Assembly (NCBI GenBank): GCA_963791275.1
Contig: CAWBRP010000008.1
Location: forward strand, 6,809 to 70,808
DNA from: an uncultured Actinomycetota bacterium
Lineage (GTDB): Bacteria; Actinomycetota; Actinomycetes; Propionibacteriales; Nocardioidaceae
Direction of reading: 5' to 3'
Length of the DNA: 64,000 nucleotides
Shown piece after piece: positions 47,763-57,199 of this stretch (its first letter is position 1; every line of letters begins with the position of its first letter). The position numbers and the translations under genes were made by a program. A model generated the notes under the pieces. That model ran no database searches, was not told where the DNA came from, and saw only the letters and a program-made list of their open reading frames with translations.

Positions 47763-48987
47763 ATGAGTGACCGGCCACGGGGACCAGGCGCGCCTCAGGA
47801 GGGCACTCCCGAGTACGACTGGCTCTACGGCCAGGGCGGCAAGCCCGCCACCGGTGACGAGACCCGGGTCGTTCCGAAGTCCGGCACGCCGAGACCGGAC
47901 CAGACCCGGGTGATGCCCGTCGTCCCCCGCAGCAGCGCTGGCAGCGCCCGCAGCGCCGCTCCACCCCCGGCCCCGCCGACCGCTCCCCCACGCGCGCCGG
48001 GCCCCCCACCGCCGCCGGGGAAGCCGGGCCGCTCCCGGCCGCGCTTTCGCGTGGGGTGGGTCAAGTGGGTGCTCCTGGGCTGGCTGGTCTTCCTGATCGC
48101 GGTGCCGCTGTGGGCGTGGAGCAGGGTCGACAAGGTCGACGCCTCGCCCAACGGCGACCGGCCCGCCGAGCAGAGCGGCACGACGTACCTCCTGGTGGGC
48201 AGCGACTCCCGCGACGACCTGACCGAGGAGGAGCGCAAGGACCTCGGCACCGGCGGCGAGGTCGGCCAGCGGACCGACACGATCATGCTGCTGCACACGG
48301 GCTCCGGGCCCGACCTGCTCATGTCGATCCCCCGCGACTCGATCGTCGAGGTGCCGGGTCACGGGGAGACCAAGATCAACGCGGCCTACGCGTACGGCGG
48401 CCCGAAGCTGCTGGTGCGCACCATCGAGCAGTCGACGGGCATCCGGATCGACCACTACGTCGAGCTCGGCCTCGGCGGCTTCGTCAACGTCGTCGACGCG
48501 GTCGGCGGCATCACCATCTGCCCCACCCAGGCGATGAAGGACCCGCTGGCCAACCTCGACATCGACAAGGGCTGCCAGGAGGCCGACGGCAAGGTGGCGC
48601 TCGGCTACGCGAGGTCGCGTCACACGTCCGGCCTCGGCGACATCGACCGCGCAAAGCACCAGCGCGAGGTCGTCTCCGCCGTCGGCGACAAGGCGGTCTC
48701 GCCGTGGTCGGTGCTCAACCCGGTGCGCTACTTCCGGCTCAACGCCGCCATGCCCCACTTCTTCACGGTCAGCGAGGGCACCAACCCCTTCGACATGGCG
48801 CGGTTCGCGCTGGGCGATGACCCGGGTCGACGGCACCAAGGGGCTGACCTGCGGGGTGCCCATCGCGGACCTGGCGGTCAACTGGGACGCCGAGCGGTCC
48901 AAGCAGCTCTTCGACCTCATCATCGACGACGACACCTCCAGCATCCCCGACGGTCTGTGCACGCCGTCGGGGATGCCGCGGCAGTAA
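47763..48987 (+). CDS. LCP family protein (frameshift ~48813)
   Basis: Pro-rich N-terminus, TM, LLVGSDSR, RTDTIMLL, SIPRD, KINAAYAYGG, ARSR..GDIDR..HQR; C-terminus continues in another frame to TAA 48985-48987. Confidence 0.9.
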
Positions 48988-48991
48988 CCAG

Positions 48992-49816
48992 CTACTTCGC
49001 CAGGAAGTCGAGCAGCACCCGGTTGAACTCGTCGGCGTGGCTCACGTTGATGCCGTGCGGCCCCTGGGCGACGACGTGCAGCTCGCTGGTGCTGACGACG
49101 TCGTGAGACTTCTGGCCGGAAACCTCGATCGGCACGATGCCGTCGGCATCCCCGTGGATGACGAGCAACGGGACGGTGAGCTTGGCCAGGTCGTCGGTGA
49201 AGTCGGTGACCCACGACGCGATGCACTCGGCGGCGGCGTGCTCGTCGGCCTGCGCCGCCAGCGCCAGGGCCTCCTGGCGTTGGGCCTCGGTGACCTTGAG
49301 CTCGTCGCCCGCGGTGAAGAACCCGGTCAGGAAGCCGTCCAGGAAGGCGTCCCGGTCGCCGCGCAGCTGCTGCTGCATCCCGGCCACGTCCTCGGCGGTC
49401 AGGGCGCCGTCGGGGTGGGCGTCGTCCTTGAGCAGGCACGGCGGGATCGCGGCCGCGAGCGCGACGCTGCGGAGACGCTCCTCGCCGTGCGTGCCGACGT
49501 ACCGAGCGACCTCACCGCCGCCCATCGAGAAGCCGACCAGGCTGGCGTCGCGGAGGTCGAGCTCGGTCATCAGGGCGTCCAGGTCGCCGGTCAGGGTGTC
49601 GTAGTCGTACGCCGAGTCGGCGCCCGGCTTGTCCGACTGCCCGAAGCCGCGCCGGTCATAGGTGACGACCCGGTAGCCGGCGTCGGTCAGCGCCGGCACC
49701 TGCTCGGACCAGGAGGCCCCGCTCAACGGCCAGCCGTGGATGAGCACGACCGGGCGCCCGTCGCCGCCGCTGTCCTCGTAGTGGATCTCGAGCTGGCCTG
49801 ATGTCAGCGTTGCCAT
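48992..49816 (-). CDS. alpha/beta hydrolase, non-heme haloperoxidase/arylesterase family
   Basis: VVLIHGWPLS..SW, YDRRGFGQS, GFSMGGGEV, HGDAD.IVP, PHG. Confidence 0.9.
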   Translation of the reverse strand: MATLTSGQLEIHYEDSGGDGRPVVLIHGWPLSGASWSEQVPALTDAGYRVVTYDRRGFGQSDKPGADSAYDYDTLTGDLDALMTELDLRDASLVGFSMGGGEVARYVGTHGEERLRSVALAAAIPPCLLKDDAHPDGALTAEDVAGMQQQLRGDRDAFLDGFLTGFFTAGDELKVTEAQRQEALALAAQADEHAAAECIASWVTDFTDDLAKLTVPLLVIHGDADGIVPIEVSGQKSHDVVSTSELHVVAQGPHGINVSHADEFNRVLLDFLAK

Positions 49817-49852
49817 GGCTTCCTCTCCTCGGTTGCGGATGCACCGTCCAAC

Positions 49853-49879
49853 GTATCCGGGGGGCCTCGTGGGACAACC
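49853..49879 (-). promoter_or_regulatory. putative SigB/SigF-type promoter
   Basis: GGTTG-N16-GGATAC followed by GTTGGACG, near-identical to the -10 region of the HAD gene. Confidence 0.45.
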
Positions 49880-49897
49880 ACCCGAGCGGAGGGTTCC

Positions 49898-51166
49898 TCA
49901 GCGCCGGTCGCTGATCCGCACGGCCTTGCCCAGCGACCGCGCCAAGGCGCCGGGATCGACCACCTCGACGGCGGCGGTGACCCCGATCCGCTGCTTGATC
50001 CGGTCGGCGAGCCGGGCACCGAGCGCGTCGCGGTCGGCGACGCCGGGCGCCGCCTCCACCTGCACGGTCAGCTCGTCGAGATTGCCCGGCCGCTCGAGCA
50101 CGCAGAGGTAGTGCGGCGTCAGGCCGTCGATGGTGAGCAGCTGCTCCTCGATCTGGCTCGGGAACACGTTGACGCCGCGCACGATCATCAGGTCGTCGGT
50201 GCGGCCGGTGACCTTCTGCATCCGCCGGAAGGCGGGGTACGCCGTGCCGGGGAGCAGCCGGGTCAGGTCGCGGGTGCGGTAGCGCACCACCGGCATCGCC
50301 TGCTTGGTGAGGCTGGTGAAGACGAGCTCGCCCTCCTCCCCGTCGGGCAGCACCGCGCCGGTGACCGGGTCGATGATCTCGGGCAGGAAGTGGTCCTCCC
50401 ACACGTGCAGCCCGTCCTGGGTCTCACCCGACTCCTGGGAGACACCCGGCCCCATCACCTCGGAGAGCCCGTAGATGTCGACCGCCCGGATGCCGCTGCG
50501 CTCCTGGACCGAGGTGCGCATCTCGTCGGTCCAGGGCTCGGCGCCGAAGATGCCGACCTGCAGCGAGGAGGCCCGGGGATCGAGCCCCTGGCGCTCCATC
50601 TCGTCGAGGATCGCCAAGAAGTACGACGGGGTCACCATGATCACCCGCGGCTCGAAGTCGGCGATGAGCTGCACCTGTCGCTCGGTCATCCCGCCGCTGA
50701 CCGGCACCACGGTGCAGCCGAGGCGCTCGGCTCCGTAGTGCGCGCCGAGCCCGCCGGTGAAGAGCCCGTAGCCGTAGGCGATGTGCACCAGGTCGCCCGG
50801 CCGGCCGCCCGCGGCCCGGATCGACCGGGCCATCACCTCGGCCCAGGTGTCGAGGTCCTCCGCGGTGTAGCCGACCACGGTCGGGCGACCCGTCGTCCCG
50901 CTGCTCGCGTGCACGCGGGAGACCTGCTCGCGCGGCACGGCGAACATGCCGAACGGGTAGTTGTCGCGCAGGTCGGCCTTGGTCGTGAAGGGCAGGTGGC
51001 CGAGGTCGCTCAGGGCGGTGACGTCGTGCGGTCGCAGCCCGGCCTCGTCGAAGGCCGCGCGGTAGTGGGGCACCTTGTCGTACGCCCGGGTGAGGCTGTC
51101 GCGGAGCCGCTCCAGCTGGAGCGCCTCGAGCTCGGGACGCGTCAGATCGGGGATCTCGCCGGCCAT
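49898..51166 (-). CDS. paaK: phenylacetate--CoA ligase
   Basis: PFTTKADLRDNYPFG, HASSGTTGRP, YGYGLFTGGLG, GAEPW, DIYGLSEVMGPGV, GRTDDL. Confidence 0.95.
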   Translation of the reverse strand: MAGEIPDLTRPELEALQLERLRDSLTRAYDKVPHYRAAFDEAGLRPHDVTALSDLGHLPFTTKADLRDNYPFGMFAVPREQVSRVHASSGTTGRPTVVGYTAEDLDTWAEVMARSIRAAGGRPGDLVHIAYGYGLFTGGLGAHYGAERLGCTVVPVSGGMTERQVQLIADFEPRVIMVTPSYFLAILDEMERQGLDPRASSLQVGIFGAEPWTDEMRTSVQERSGIRAVDIYGLSEVMGPGVSQESGETQDGLHVWEDHFLPEIIDPVTGAVLPDGEEGELVFTSLTKQAMPVVRYRTRDLTRLLPGTAYPAFRRMQKVTGRTDDLMIVRGVNVFPSQIEEQLLTIDGLTPHYLCVLERPGNLDELTVQVEAAPGVADRDALGARLADRIKQRIGVTAAVEVVDPGALARSLGKAVRISDRR

Positions 51167-51233
51167 CCGGTCAGGCTAGCGGCCCTGCTTGGGGGTGAGG
51201 CGGTGCCGGCTGTGCGTGGCTAGGTTGCCGAGC

Positions 51234-51398
51234 ATGACCACACCTGCGAACGAGGAACGACCCGTCGACCTGGAAGAGGTGCCCGCCGAGGAGGGCCTGT
51301 CACCGGCAGACGTCGCCGACCGGCTCGAGGAGGACCCCGAGGACCAGCCCAACCGGGTGGACCCCGACTATGCCGCCGACGAGGGCGACCCGGTCTGA
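51234..51398 (+). CDS. small acidic hypothetical protein (54 aa)
   Basis: MTTPANEERPVDLEEVPAEEGLSPADVADRLEEDPEDQPNRVD; strong codon bias; TAGGTT upstream. Confidence 0.6.
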   Translation: MTTPANEERPVDLEEVPAEEGLSPADVADRLEEDPEDQPNRVDPDYAADEGDPV

Positions 51399-52147
51399 GC
51401 GATCAGACGCAGCCGCTCGACCAGGCTGCTCAGCTGACGGGAGACCTGCGTCTGGGTCACCCCGATCTCGGTGCCGATCTCGGCCTGCGTGCAGCCGCGG
51501 ACGTAGCGCAGCTCGAGGATGCGGCGTTCGCGGGAGGTCAGGTCGCGCACGAGGGAGCGCAGGGTGATCCGCGCGTCCACCCGCGCGTAGCCGGGCTCGT
51601 CCCCACCGAGGCGGGCCAGGGCGCTCTCCTCGTCGGACCCGGCGGCGTCCAACGAGGCCGGGGCGAAGCAGCCGAGCGCGGCGAGCGCCTCGACCACGCG
51701 GTCGGTCCCGACCTCGAGCTTCTCGGCGATCTCCTCCGAGGTGGGCGGCCGGCCGAGCGCCCGGTGCAGCTCCGGCTCCGCGGCGGTGACCCGGGCCTGG
51801 AGCTCCTGGATGGACCGCGGCGGTCGCACCATCCAGCCCGCGTCCCGGAAGTGCCGGCGCAGCTCGCCCCTGATCGTGGGGACGGCGTAGCCGAGGAAGT
51901 CGGTGTCCCGCGCGGGGTCGAAGCGACGCACCGCCTTCAGGAGCCCCAGGCTGGCGACCTGCTCGAGGTCCTCCAGCGCAATGCCGCGACCGCGGTACCG
52001 GCGGGCGATCTCGGTGGCCACCCGCAGGTTGAGGCGGACGACCTCGTCCTCGACGAGCGGCCGATCCTCCGGGGCGGCGTCTCGAAGGCGGAGCAGCGCG
52101 GCCGCAGTGGCCTGACGGCGCTGGAGCTCTGAGGGCACGGAGTGCAC
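51368..52147 (-). CDS. SigB/SigF/SigG-family RNA polymerase sigma factor
   Basis: IARRY.GRG...EDLEQVA.LGL.KAV.RFDP, YAVPTIRGELRRHFRD..W.VR.PR, region 4 TQAEIG..IGVTQ.QVSR; SD GGGAGGT. Confidence 0.92.
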   Translation of the reverse strand: MHSVPSELQRRQATAAALLRLRDAAPEDRPLVEDEVVRLNLRVATEIARRYRGRGIALEDLEQVASLGLLKAVRRFDPARDTDFLGYAVPTIRGELRRHFRDAGWMVRPPRSIQELQARVTAAEPELHRALGRPPTSEEIAEKLEVGTDRVVEALAALGCFAPASLDAAGSDEESALARLGGDEPGYARVDARITLRSLVRDLTSRERRILELRYVRGCTQAEIGTEIGVTQTQVSRQLSSLVERLRLIAQTGSPSSAA

Positions 52148-52255
52148 GGCACCTCCCGGATCGGTATCGGCACGACGCGGGCGCGTCGTTCCTCCAGCCA
52201 ATCACCGGGCGCGGAGGGGTCGGCACATCCCAGCGGGTGGGAGCGACCACTGGCG

Positions 52256-52585
52256 TCAGCCGCGTCCCAAGGCCCGTTCGAGCTCGGCCTTGGTCATCGA
52301 CGAGCGACCCTTGATCTTCCGCTTGCGCGCCTCGGCGTAGAGCTGGTCCCGGGTCCGACCACCTGGACCGCTGTGCGAGCGAAGGCCGCCCCGGCGCGAC
52401 GACGAGAGGTCCTCGGTCGACGTGCGGCTGGCCTGCTGCGCCTCCCCGGCACGGGCACGTTCCTTGTTGACGGTGCGAGCAGCGACCTCCTGGGCCTCGT
52501 CCTCCGAGCGCCCGCTCTCCTTGAGCCCGTCCTTGATGTGCTCGTACTGCCGCTCGCGCTTCTTGCTCCAGCCTGGTCGTGGCAT
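52256..52585 (-). CDS. small basic stress protein with a C-terminal Rho-N-like motif (often annotated 'plasmid stabilization protein')
   Basis: WSKKRERQYEHIK...AARTVNKERAR.GE...SSRRGG.RS...TRDQLY.EA....IKGRSSMTKAEL. Confidence 0.8.
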   Translation of the reverse strand: MPRPGWSKKRERQYEHIKDGLKESGRSEDEAQEVAARTVNKERARAGEAQQASRTSTEDLSSSRRGGLRSHSGPGGRTRDQLYAEARKRKIKGRSSMTKAELERALGRG

Positions 52586-52594
52586 GCCGTCGCC

Positions 52595-52640
52595 GTACCC
52601 GCAGCCTCGCGCAGGCATGCCCCGAACGGTGCGGGGGTAC
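52595..52640. promoter_or_regulatory. symmetric bidirectional SigB/SigF-like promoter
   Basis: Palindrome GGCATGCC 52614-52621 with GGGTAC 16 nt downstream of GGCAT on both strands (52635-52640 +, 52600-52595 -); each ATG lies 9 nt after GGGTAC. Confidence 0.6.
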
Positions 52641-52649
52641 GTTGGACGT

Positions 52650-53336
52650 ATGCCCGACACGGTGATCCTCGACGTCGACGGGACGCTGGTGGACACGGTC
52701 TACGAGCACACCGCGGCGTGGGCCAAGGCGTTCGCGGACGTAGGCCTCGTCGTGCCGGCGTACGTGCTCCACGCCGCCATCGGCATGAGCGCGGACCTGC
52801 TGGTGGCCCACGTCGCCGGCGACGCCGTCGAGCGGGCGGTGGGTGACGAGGTGCGCGCCCACCACGCCGCGGAGTTCACGCGCGTCGCCGGGCGGCTGCG
52901 CCTGCTGCCCGGGGCGGACCGGGTGATCGGTGAGCTCCAGCGTCGCGGCCACCTCGTCGCGGTGGCGACCTCGGGAAGTCGGCACGACACCGATCGGGCG
53001 CTCGAGGAGGTGCCGGACGCCGCTCTCCTCGATGCGGTGCTGACCGGGGACGACATCGAGCGGGGCAAGCCGGCACCGGACCTCCTGGACGCGGCGCTCG
53101 AGCAGGTGGGCGGCCGGTCCGCCGTGGTCGTCGGCGATGCTCCGTGGGACGCGTTCGCGGCCACGAAGAGCGGGCACGTGGTCATCGGGGTCCTGACCGG
53201 AGGGTTCACGGCGGCGGACCTCAGGGCCGCGGGCGCCGACCTGGTCTTCGACTCGCTCGAGGACATGCTTGACCGGGTCGAGGAGACCCCGCTGGCCTCA
53301 GCCGACCTCGGAGGTCGTCGGCGCCCCGCTCTCTGA
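52650..53336 (+). CDS. HAD-superfamily hydrolase
   Basis: ILDVDGTLVDT, ATSG, GKPAPD, VVGDAPWD, TGGF. Confidence 0.9.
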   Translation: MPDTVILDVDGTLVDTVYEHTAAWAKAFADVGLVVPAYVLHAAIGMSADLLVAHVAGDAVERAVGDEVRAHHAAEFTRVAGRLRLLPGADRVIGELQRRGHLVAVATSGSRHDTDRALEEVPDAALLDAVLTGDDIERGKPAPDLLDAALEQVGGRSAVVVGDAPWDAFAATKSGHVVIGVLTGGFTAADLRAAGADLVFDSLEDMLDRVEETPLASADLGGRRRPAL

Positions 53337-53777
53337 GCCCGACGTGGTGAAGAACGAGATCTTGCCGTCCGCCTCCAGCACGGCCAGGTCGACGTCGCCG
53401 AGGCGCCGGATCCCCTGCTGTCGGGCGGCCACCACCAGGTCGCTGTCGGAGAGCCGTTGCCGCCGGGTGGCCGCCTCCAACATGACCCCGTCGCGCATCA
53501 CGACCACGGCGGTGCCGTTGACCAGCCCGCGCAGCCGTGGGAAGCGCCACTGGAGGAACGACAGCGCGATGGTCAGCAGGGCGAAGACACTGACCGCCAG
53601 GACGCCCCCGGTCACCGAGAAGTCCTGCTGGGTCACCGCCTGCTGGATGAGGTCGCCCATGGTGACGTAGAGCAGGAGCTCGAAGGTGCTGAGCTCACCG
53701 AGCGTGGTCCGTCCGACCGTCCGGGTCACCGCCCACAGGAACACGAACATGACGGCGGCGCGGACGACGATCTCCAC
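53298..53777 (-). CDS. DUF421 (YetF-like) membrane protein
   Basis: GR..LGELSTFELL, G..VV...DG, ARQQG......V.LAVLEADGKIS. Confidence 0.88.
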   Translation of the reverse strand: MEIVVRAAVMFVFLWAVTRTVGRTTLGELSTFELLLYVTMGDLIQQAVTQQDFSVTGGVLAVSVFALLTIALSFLQWRFPRLRGLVNGTAVVVMRDGVMLEAATRRQRLSDSDLVVAARQQGIRRLGDVDLAVLEADGKISFFTTSGSESGAPTTSEVG

Positions 53778-53792
53778 GGGACACTCCTCGGG

Positions 53793-54317
53793 TCAGGGCA
53801 GCAGGCGGGTGTGCAGGTCGACCGAGACCAGCGGTGTCGTGCCGTCGACCACGCTCACCCGGGCGCTGCTGCCGCGCTGGGCGGAGGGCTGGATGTAGGC
53901 GTCGTAGTCGACGACGAACGTCTCCGCCTCCGGCGCCGTGAAGGTCAGGTAGAGGGTGGAGCCGTCCCTGGTCTCGTCGGCCGGCTGGGGGTGGAAACCC
54001 TGGGTCTCGAAGAGGTCGAAGTAGTTCCCCGTCACCGCCAGGGTGATCTCCTTCTCGAAGCCACCGGGATGCTGGACGGTCACCTCCCAGGGGGTGTCCA
54101 GGCCGGCGCGGGCGGCCCCGGGGTAGCGGACCGTCAGGTGGTAGCCGTCCTGCTCCGCCTGCACCGTGTCGGTGCGCACGCCCAGCAGGCCGGCGAGGGC
54201 CGCCACCACCACGACGAGGAGCACGGTCGTCGCGCCGCGACGCACCCAGAGCGCGACCGGTTGGGTCGCCTCATCAGTGCCCGTGACCGTCGCGTCGGCC
54301 GGCGACGAGGTGTCCAT
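53793..54317 (-). CDS. membrane-anchored hypothetical protein
   Basis: TM followed by V.YP..ARAGLD.PW...PQP..ET; directly upstream of the DUF421 gene. Confidence 0.7.
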   Translation of the reverse strand: MDTSSPADATVTGTDEATQPVALWVRRGATTVLLVVVVAALAGLLGVRTDTVQAEQDGYHLTVRYPGAARAGLDTPWEVTVQHPGGFEKEITLAVTGNYFDLFETQGFHPQPADETRDGSTLYLTFTAPEAETFVVDYDAYIQPSAQRGSSARVSVVDGTTPLVSVDLHTRLLP

Positions 54318-54370
54318 CGTCCCGAGTGAAGCATCGAGGGACGGGGGCCCACCACGCCCCGAAGGAGGGG

Positions 54371-55105
54371 TCAGAGCGCCCGGTCGAGCAGCGCCCTCAG
54401 GGCCGCGAAGTGCCGCTCCGTGGCGGCCTCGTCGTACGTCGCGGTGTCGGCCATCGTGTAGCCGTGCGCCGCGCCGGCGTACACCTCGTTGGTGTGGGTC
54501 AGCCCGGCCTCGGTCAGCGCCCGGCCGAGGGCCGCGACCGCCTCCGGGGGCATCGAGCGGTCCTGGTCAGCGTGACCGTAGACGAACTCGGCTCGGGCGG
54601 CGGCCAGGTCAGGTGCGGGCTGTCCGGCCGATCGGTCACCAGGCCACCGCCGTGGAAGCCTGCGACCGCCACCACGTCGTCGGCCGCGATCGCGGCGGCG
54701 CGGGTGGCCAGTCGGGCGCCCATGCAGTAGCCGGTGACGCCGACGGGACCGGTGGCGTGCTCCAGCAGCGCCGCCACCCAGAGCCGGGTGTCCGGGTCTG
54801 ACCTCGCGGGGGTCAGCCCACGCACGCGGACCATCGCGTCGTGGACGAACTGCTCACGGTTCTCCGGCACCCTGAGGTCGGTGGTCGGGGCCAGGTCGGC
54901 CGCCCGACCCTCGCGGTGGAAGACGTGCGGCGCGAGGACGACGTACCCCCAGGAAGCGATCCGGTCCGCCATCTCCTCGATCCGCGGCCGCAGCCCGATC
55001 GCGTCGACGAAGAAGAGGACGCCCGGGATGGTCGACGTCGTCGGGCCGGGTCAGGTAGGCCTCGGCGGGTCCGTCGACGGTCTCGATCTCGATGGTGCGG
55101 CCCAT
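54371..55105 (-). CDS. dienelactone hydrolase family protein (frameshifts ~55022 and ~54605)
   Basis: DAIGLRP..EEMADRIASWGYVVLAP, GYCMGAR, GFHGG.L, YAGAAHGYTM.D. Confidence 0.85.
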
Positions 55106-56284
55106 CACAGCTCCGACTGGATGCCGGCCAGGAGCTGGCGGGCCATCACGATCCGCTGCACCTGATTGGTGCCCTCGTAGATCTGGGTGATCTTGGCGTC
55201 GCGCATCATCCGCTCGACCGGGTAGTCCCGGGTGTAGCCGTAGCCGCCGAGGATCTGCACCGCGTCGACGGTGACGGCCATGGCCACGTCGGAGGCGAAG
55301 CACTTGGCCGCGGCGCCGAAGAAGGTGAGGTCCTCGGCGTTGCGCTCGGACCGGCCCGCGGCCGCGTAGGTGAGCTGCCGGGCGGCCTCGATCTTCATCC
55401 CCATGTCGGCGAGCATGAACTGCAGGCCCTGGAAGTCCGCGATCGGCTTGCCGAACTGGGTGCGCTCCGCGGCGTAGTGCAGGGCGTGGTCCAGCGCGCC
55501 CTGCGCGATCCCGACCGCCTGCGCGGCGATGGTGACCCGCGTGTGGTCGAGGGTGCGCATCGCGGTCTCGAAGCCGGTGCCCTCCGCTCCGATCATCCGG
55601 TCCGCGGGGATGCGCACCTTGTCGAGGTACACCTCGCGGGTCGGGGAGCCCTTGATGCCGAGCTTCCTCTCCGGTGCCCCGAACGACACCCCTTCGTCGG
55701 ACTTCTCCACCACGAACGCCGAGATGCCCTTGGCCCGCGCACCGGGGTCGGTCACCGCCATCACGGTGTAGAACTCCGACTCGCCCGCGTTGGTGATCCA
55801 GCGCTTCACGCCGTCGAGCACCCACGCGTCGCCGTCGCGGACCGCCTTGGTCTTCATCGAGACCGCATCGGAGCCGGCCTCGGGCTCGGAGAGGCAGTAG
55901 GAGAAGCCACCGTCCCCCGCCGCAAGGCGGGTGAGGTACTTCTTCTTGAGAGCCTCCGACCCGGCCAGGATGACCGGGAGGGAACCGAGCTTGTTGACCG
56001 CGGGGATCAGGCTGGAGGACGCGCACGCGCGGGCCACCTCCTCGATCACCAGCACCGTGGCCAGGGCGTCGGCGCCGGCTCCGCCGTACTCCTCGGGGAC
56101 GTGGGGCGCGTGGAAGTCCGCGGCCGTGAGCGCGGCGGCCGCCTCGTCGCGGGTAGCGCGCCTCCTCGTCGACCGCCGCGGCGTACGGCGCGACCTTCGC
56201 GTCGCACAGGGACCGCACCGCCTCGCGGACCGCCTGGTGCTCCTCGGTCAGACCGTAGAGCGGGGCCTCGTTGTTGTCGGTCAT
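55105..56284 (-). CDS. acyl-CoA dehydrogenase (frameshift ~56150)
   Basis: [69 protein letters not shown]. Confidence 0.93.
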
Positions 56285-56336
56285 GGTCGTGATCCTACGA
56301 GCGGGCAACCGGCTCGCCGCGGGCTACCGTGGTGAC

Positions 56337-56766
56337 ATGTCCCACGACTGGCAGGACCCGGAGGCGGTCGCGCTCATGCTCGACGAGGCCAAGACCTGGG
56401 CCGTCGTCGGGTTGTCGGGGAACCCCGCCCGGACGGCGTACTCGATCGCCTCGCTCCTGCAGCGGCGCGGCAAACGCATCGTGCCGATCCACCCGAGCGC
56501 GCCGACGGTCCTGGGCGAGCAGGGCTACCCGACGCTGGCCGACGTGCCGTTCCCGATCGACGTGGTGGACGTCTTCCGCCGCTCGGAGTTCGCCGGCGAG
56601 TTCGCGGACCAGGCGGTCGCGGTGGGAGCACGGGCGGTCTGGTTCCAGCTCGGCGTCATCGACCGAGGCGGCGTTCGAGCGGACGGTCGCGGCGGGGGTG
56701 CCGATGGTGATGGACACGTGTCCCGCGATTGAATGGCGGCGACGCGAGAGCGCGCGGCGTGCTTGA
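56337..56766 (+). CDS. CoA-binding protein (YccU-like; frameshift ~56664)
   Basis: WAVVGLS....R.A, PIHP, IDVVDVFRRS, VWFQLGV, V.DTCPAIE. Confidence 0.85.
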
Positions 56767-57199
56767 CCTGCGGGTGCCGGCCGGGCCCGGGGTGCCGGAC
56801 GGTCTGGTGGTGCCCGCCGGCGAGCTGGTGGAACGGTTCTCCCGGTCACCGGGACCCGGTGGGCAGTCGGTGAACACGACCGACAGCAGGGTCGAGCTGG
56901 AGTACGACGTGTCCGGCTCCCCGTCCCTGACCGACCCGCAGCGCCGGCGGGCGCTGCGGCACCTCGACGGCCGGCTGGTCGGCGGCCGCGTGGTGGTGGT
57001 CGCCTCCGAGCACCGCTCCCAGCACCGCAACCGGGTCGCGGCGCGCGAGCGCCTGGCCGCGCTGCTCCGTGAGGCTCTCGCTCCCCCACCTCCCCCGCGC
57101 CGTCCCACCCGACCGACCCGCTCGTCCCAGCGACGACGTCTCGACGCCAAGCGGCGCCGCGGCGAGACCAAGGCCCTGCGCGGCCAGGTCCGCGACTAG
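56759..57199 (+). CDS. arfB: alternative ribosome-rescue peptidyl-tRNA hydrolase ArfB
   Basis: FSRSPGPGGQSVNTTDSRV, SEHRSQ.RNR..A, RRPTRPT...RRL..KRRR. Confidence 0.92.
   Translation: MLDLRVPAGPGVPDGLVVPAGELVERFSRSPGPGGQSVNTTDSRVELEYDVSGSPSLTDPQRRRALRHLDGRLVGGRVVVVASEHRSQHRNRVAARERLAALLREALAPPPPPRRPTRPTRSSQRRRLDAKRRRGETKALRGQVRD

Noticed and set aside
52256-52585. Toxin-antitoxin or plasmid element implied by the 'plasmid stabilization' label
   Set aside because: No ParE/RelE toxin, partner or replication gene; the context is a stress islet
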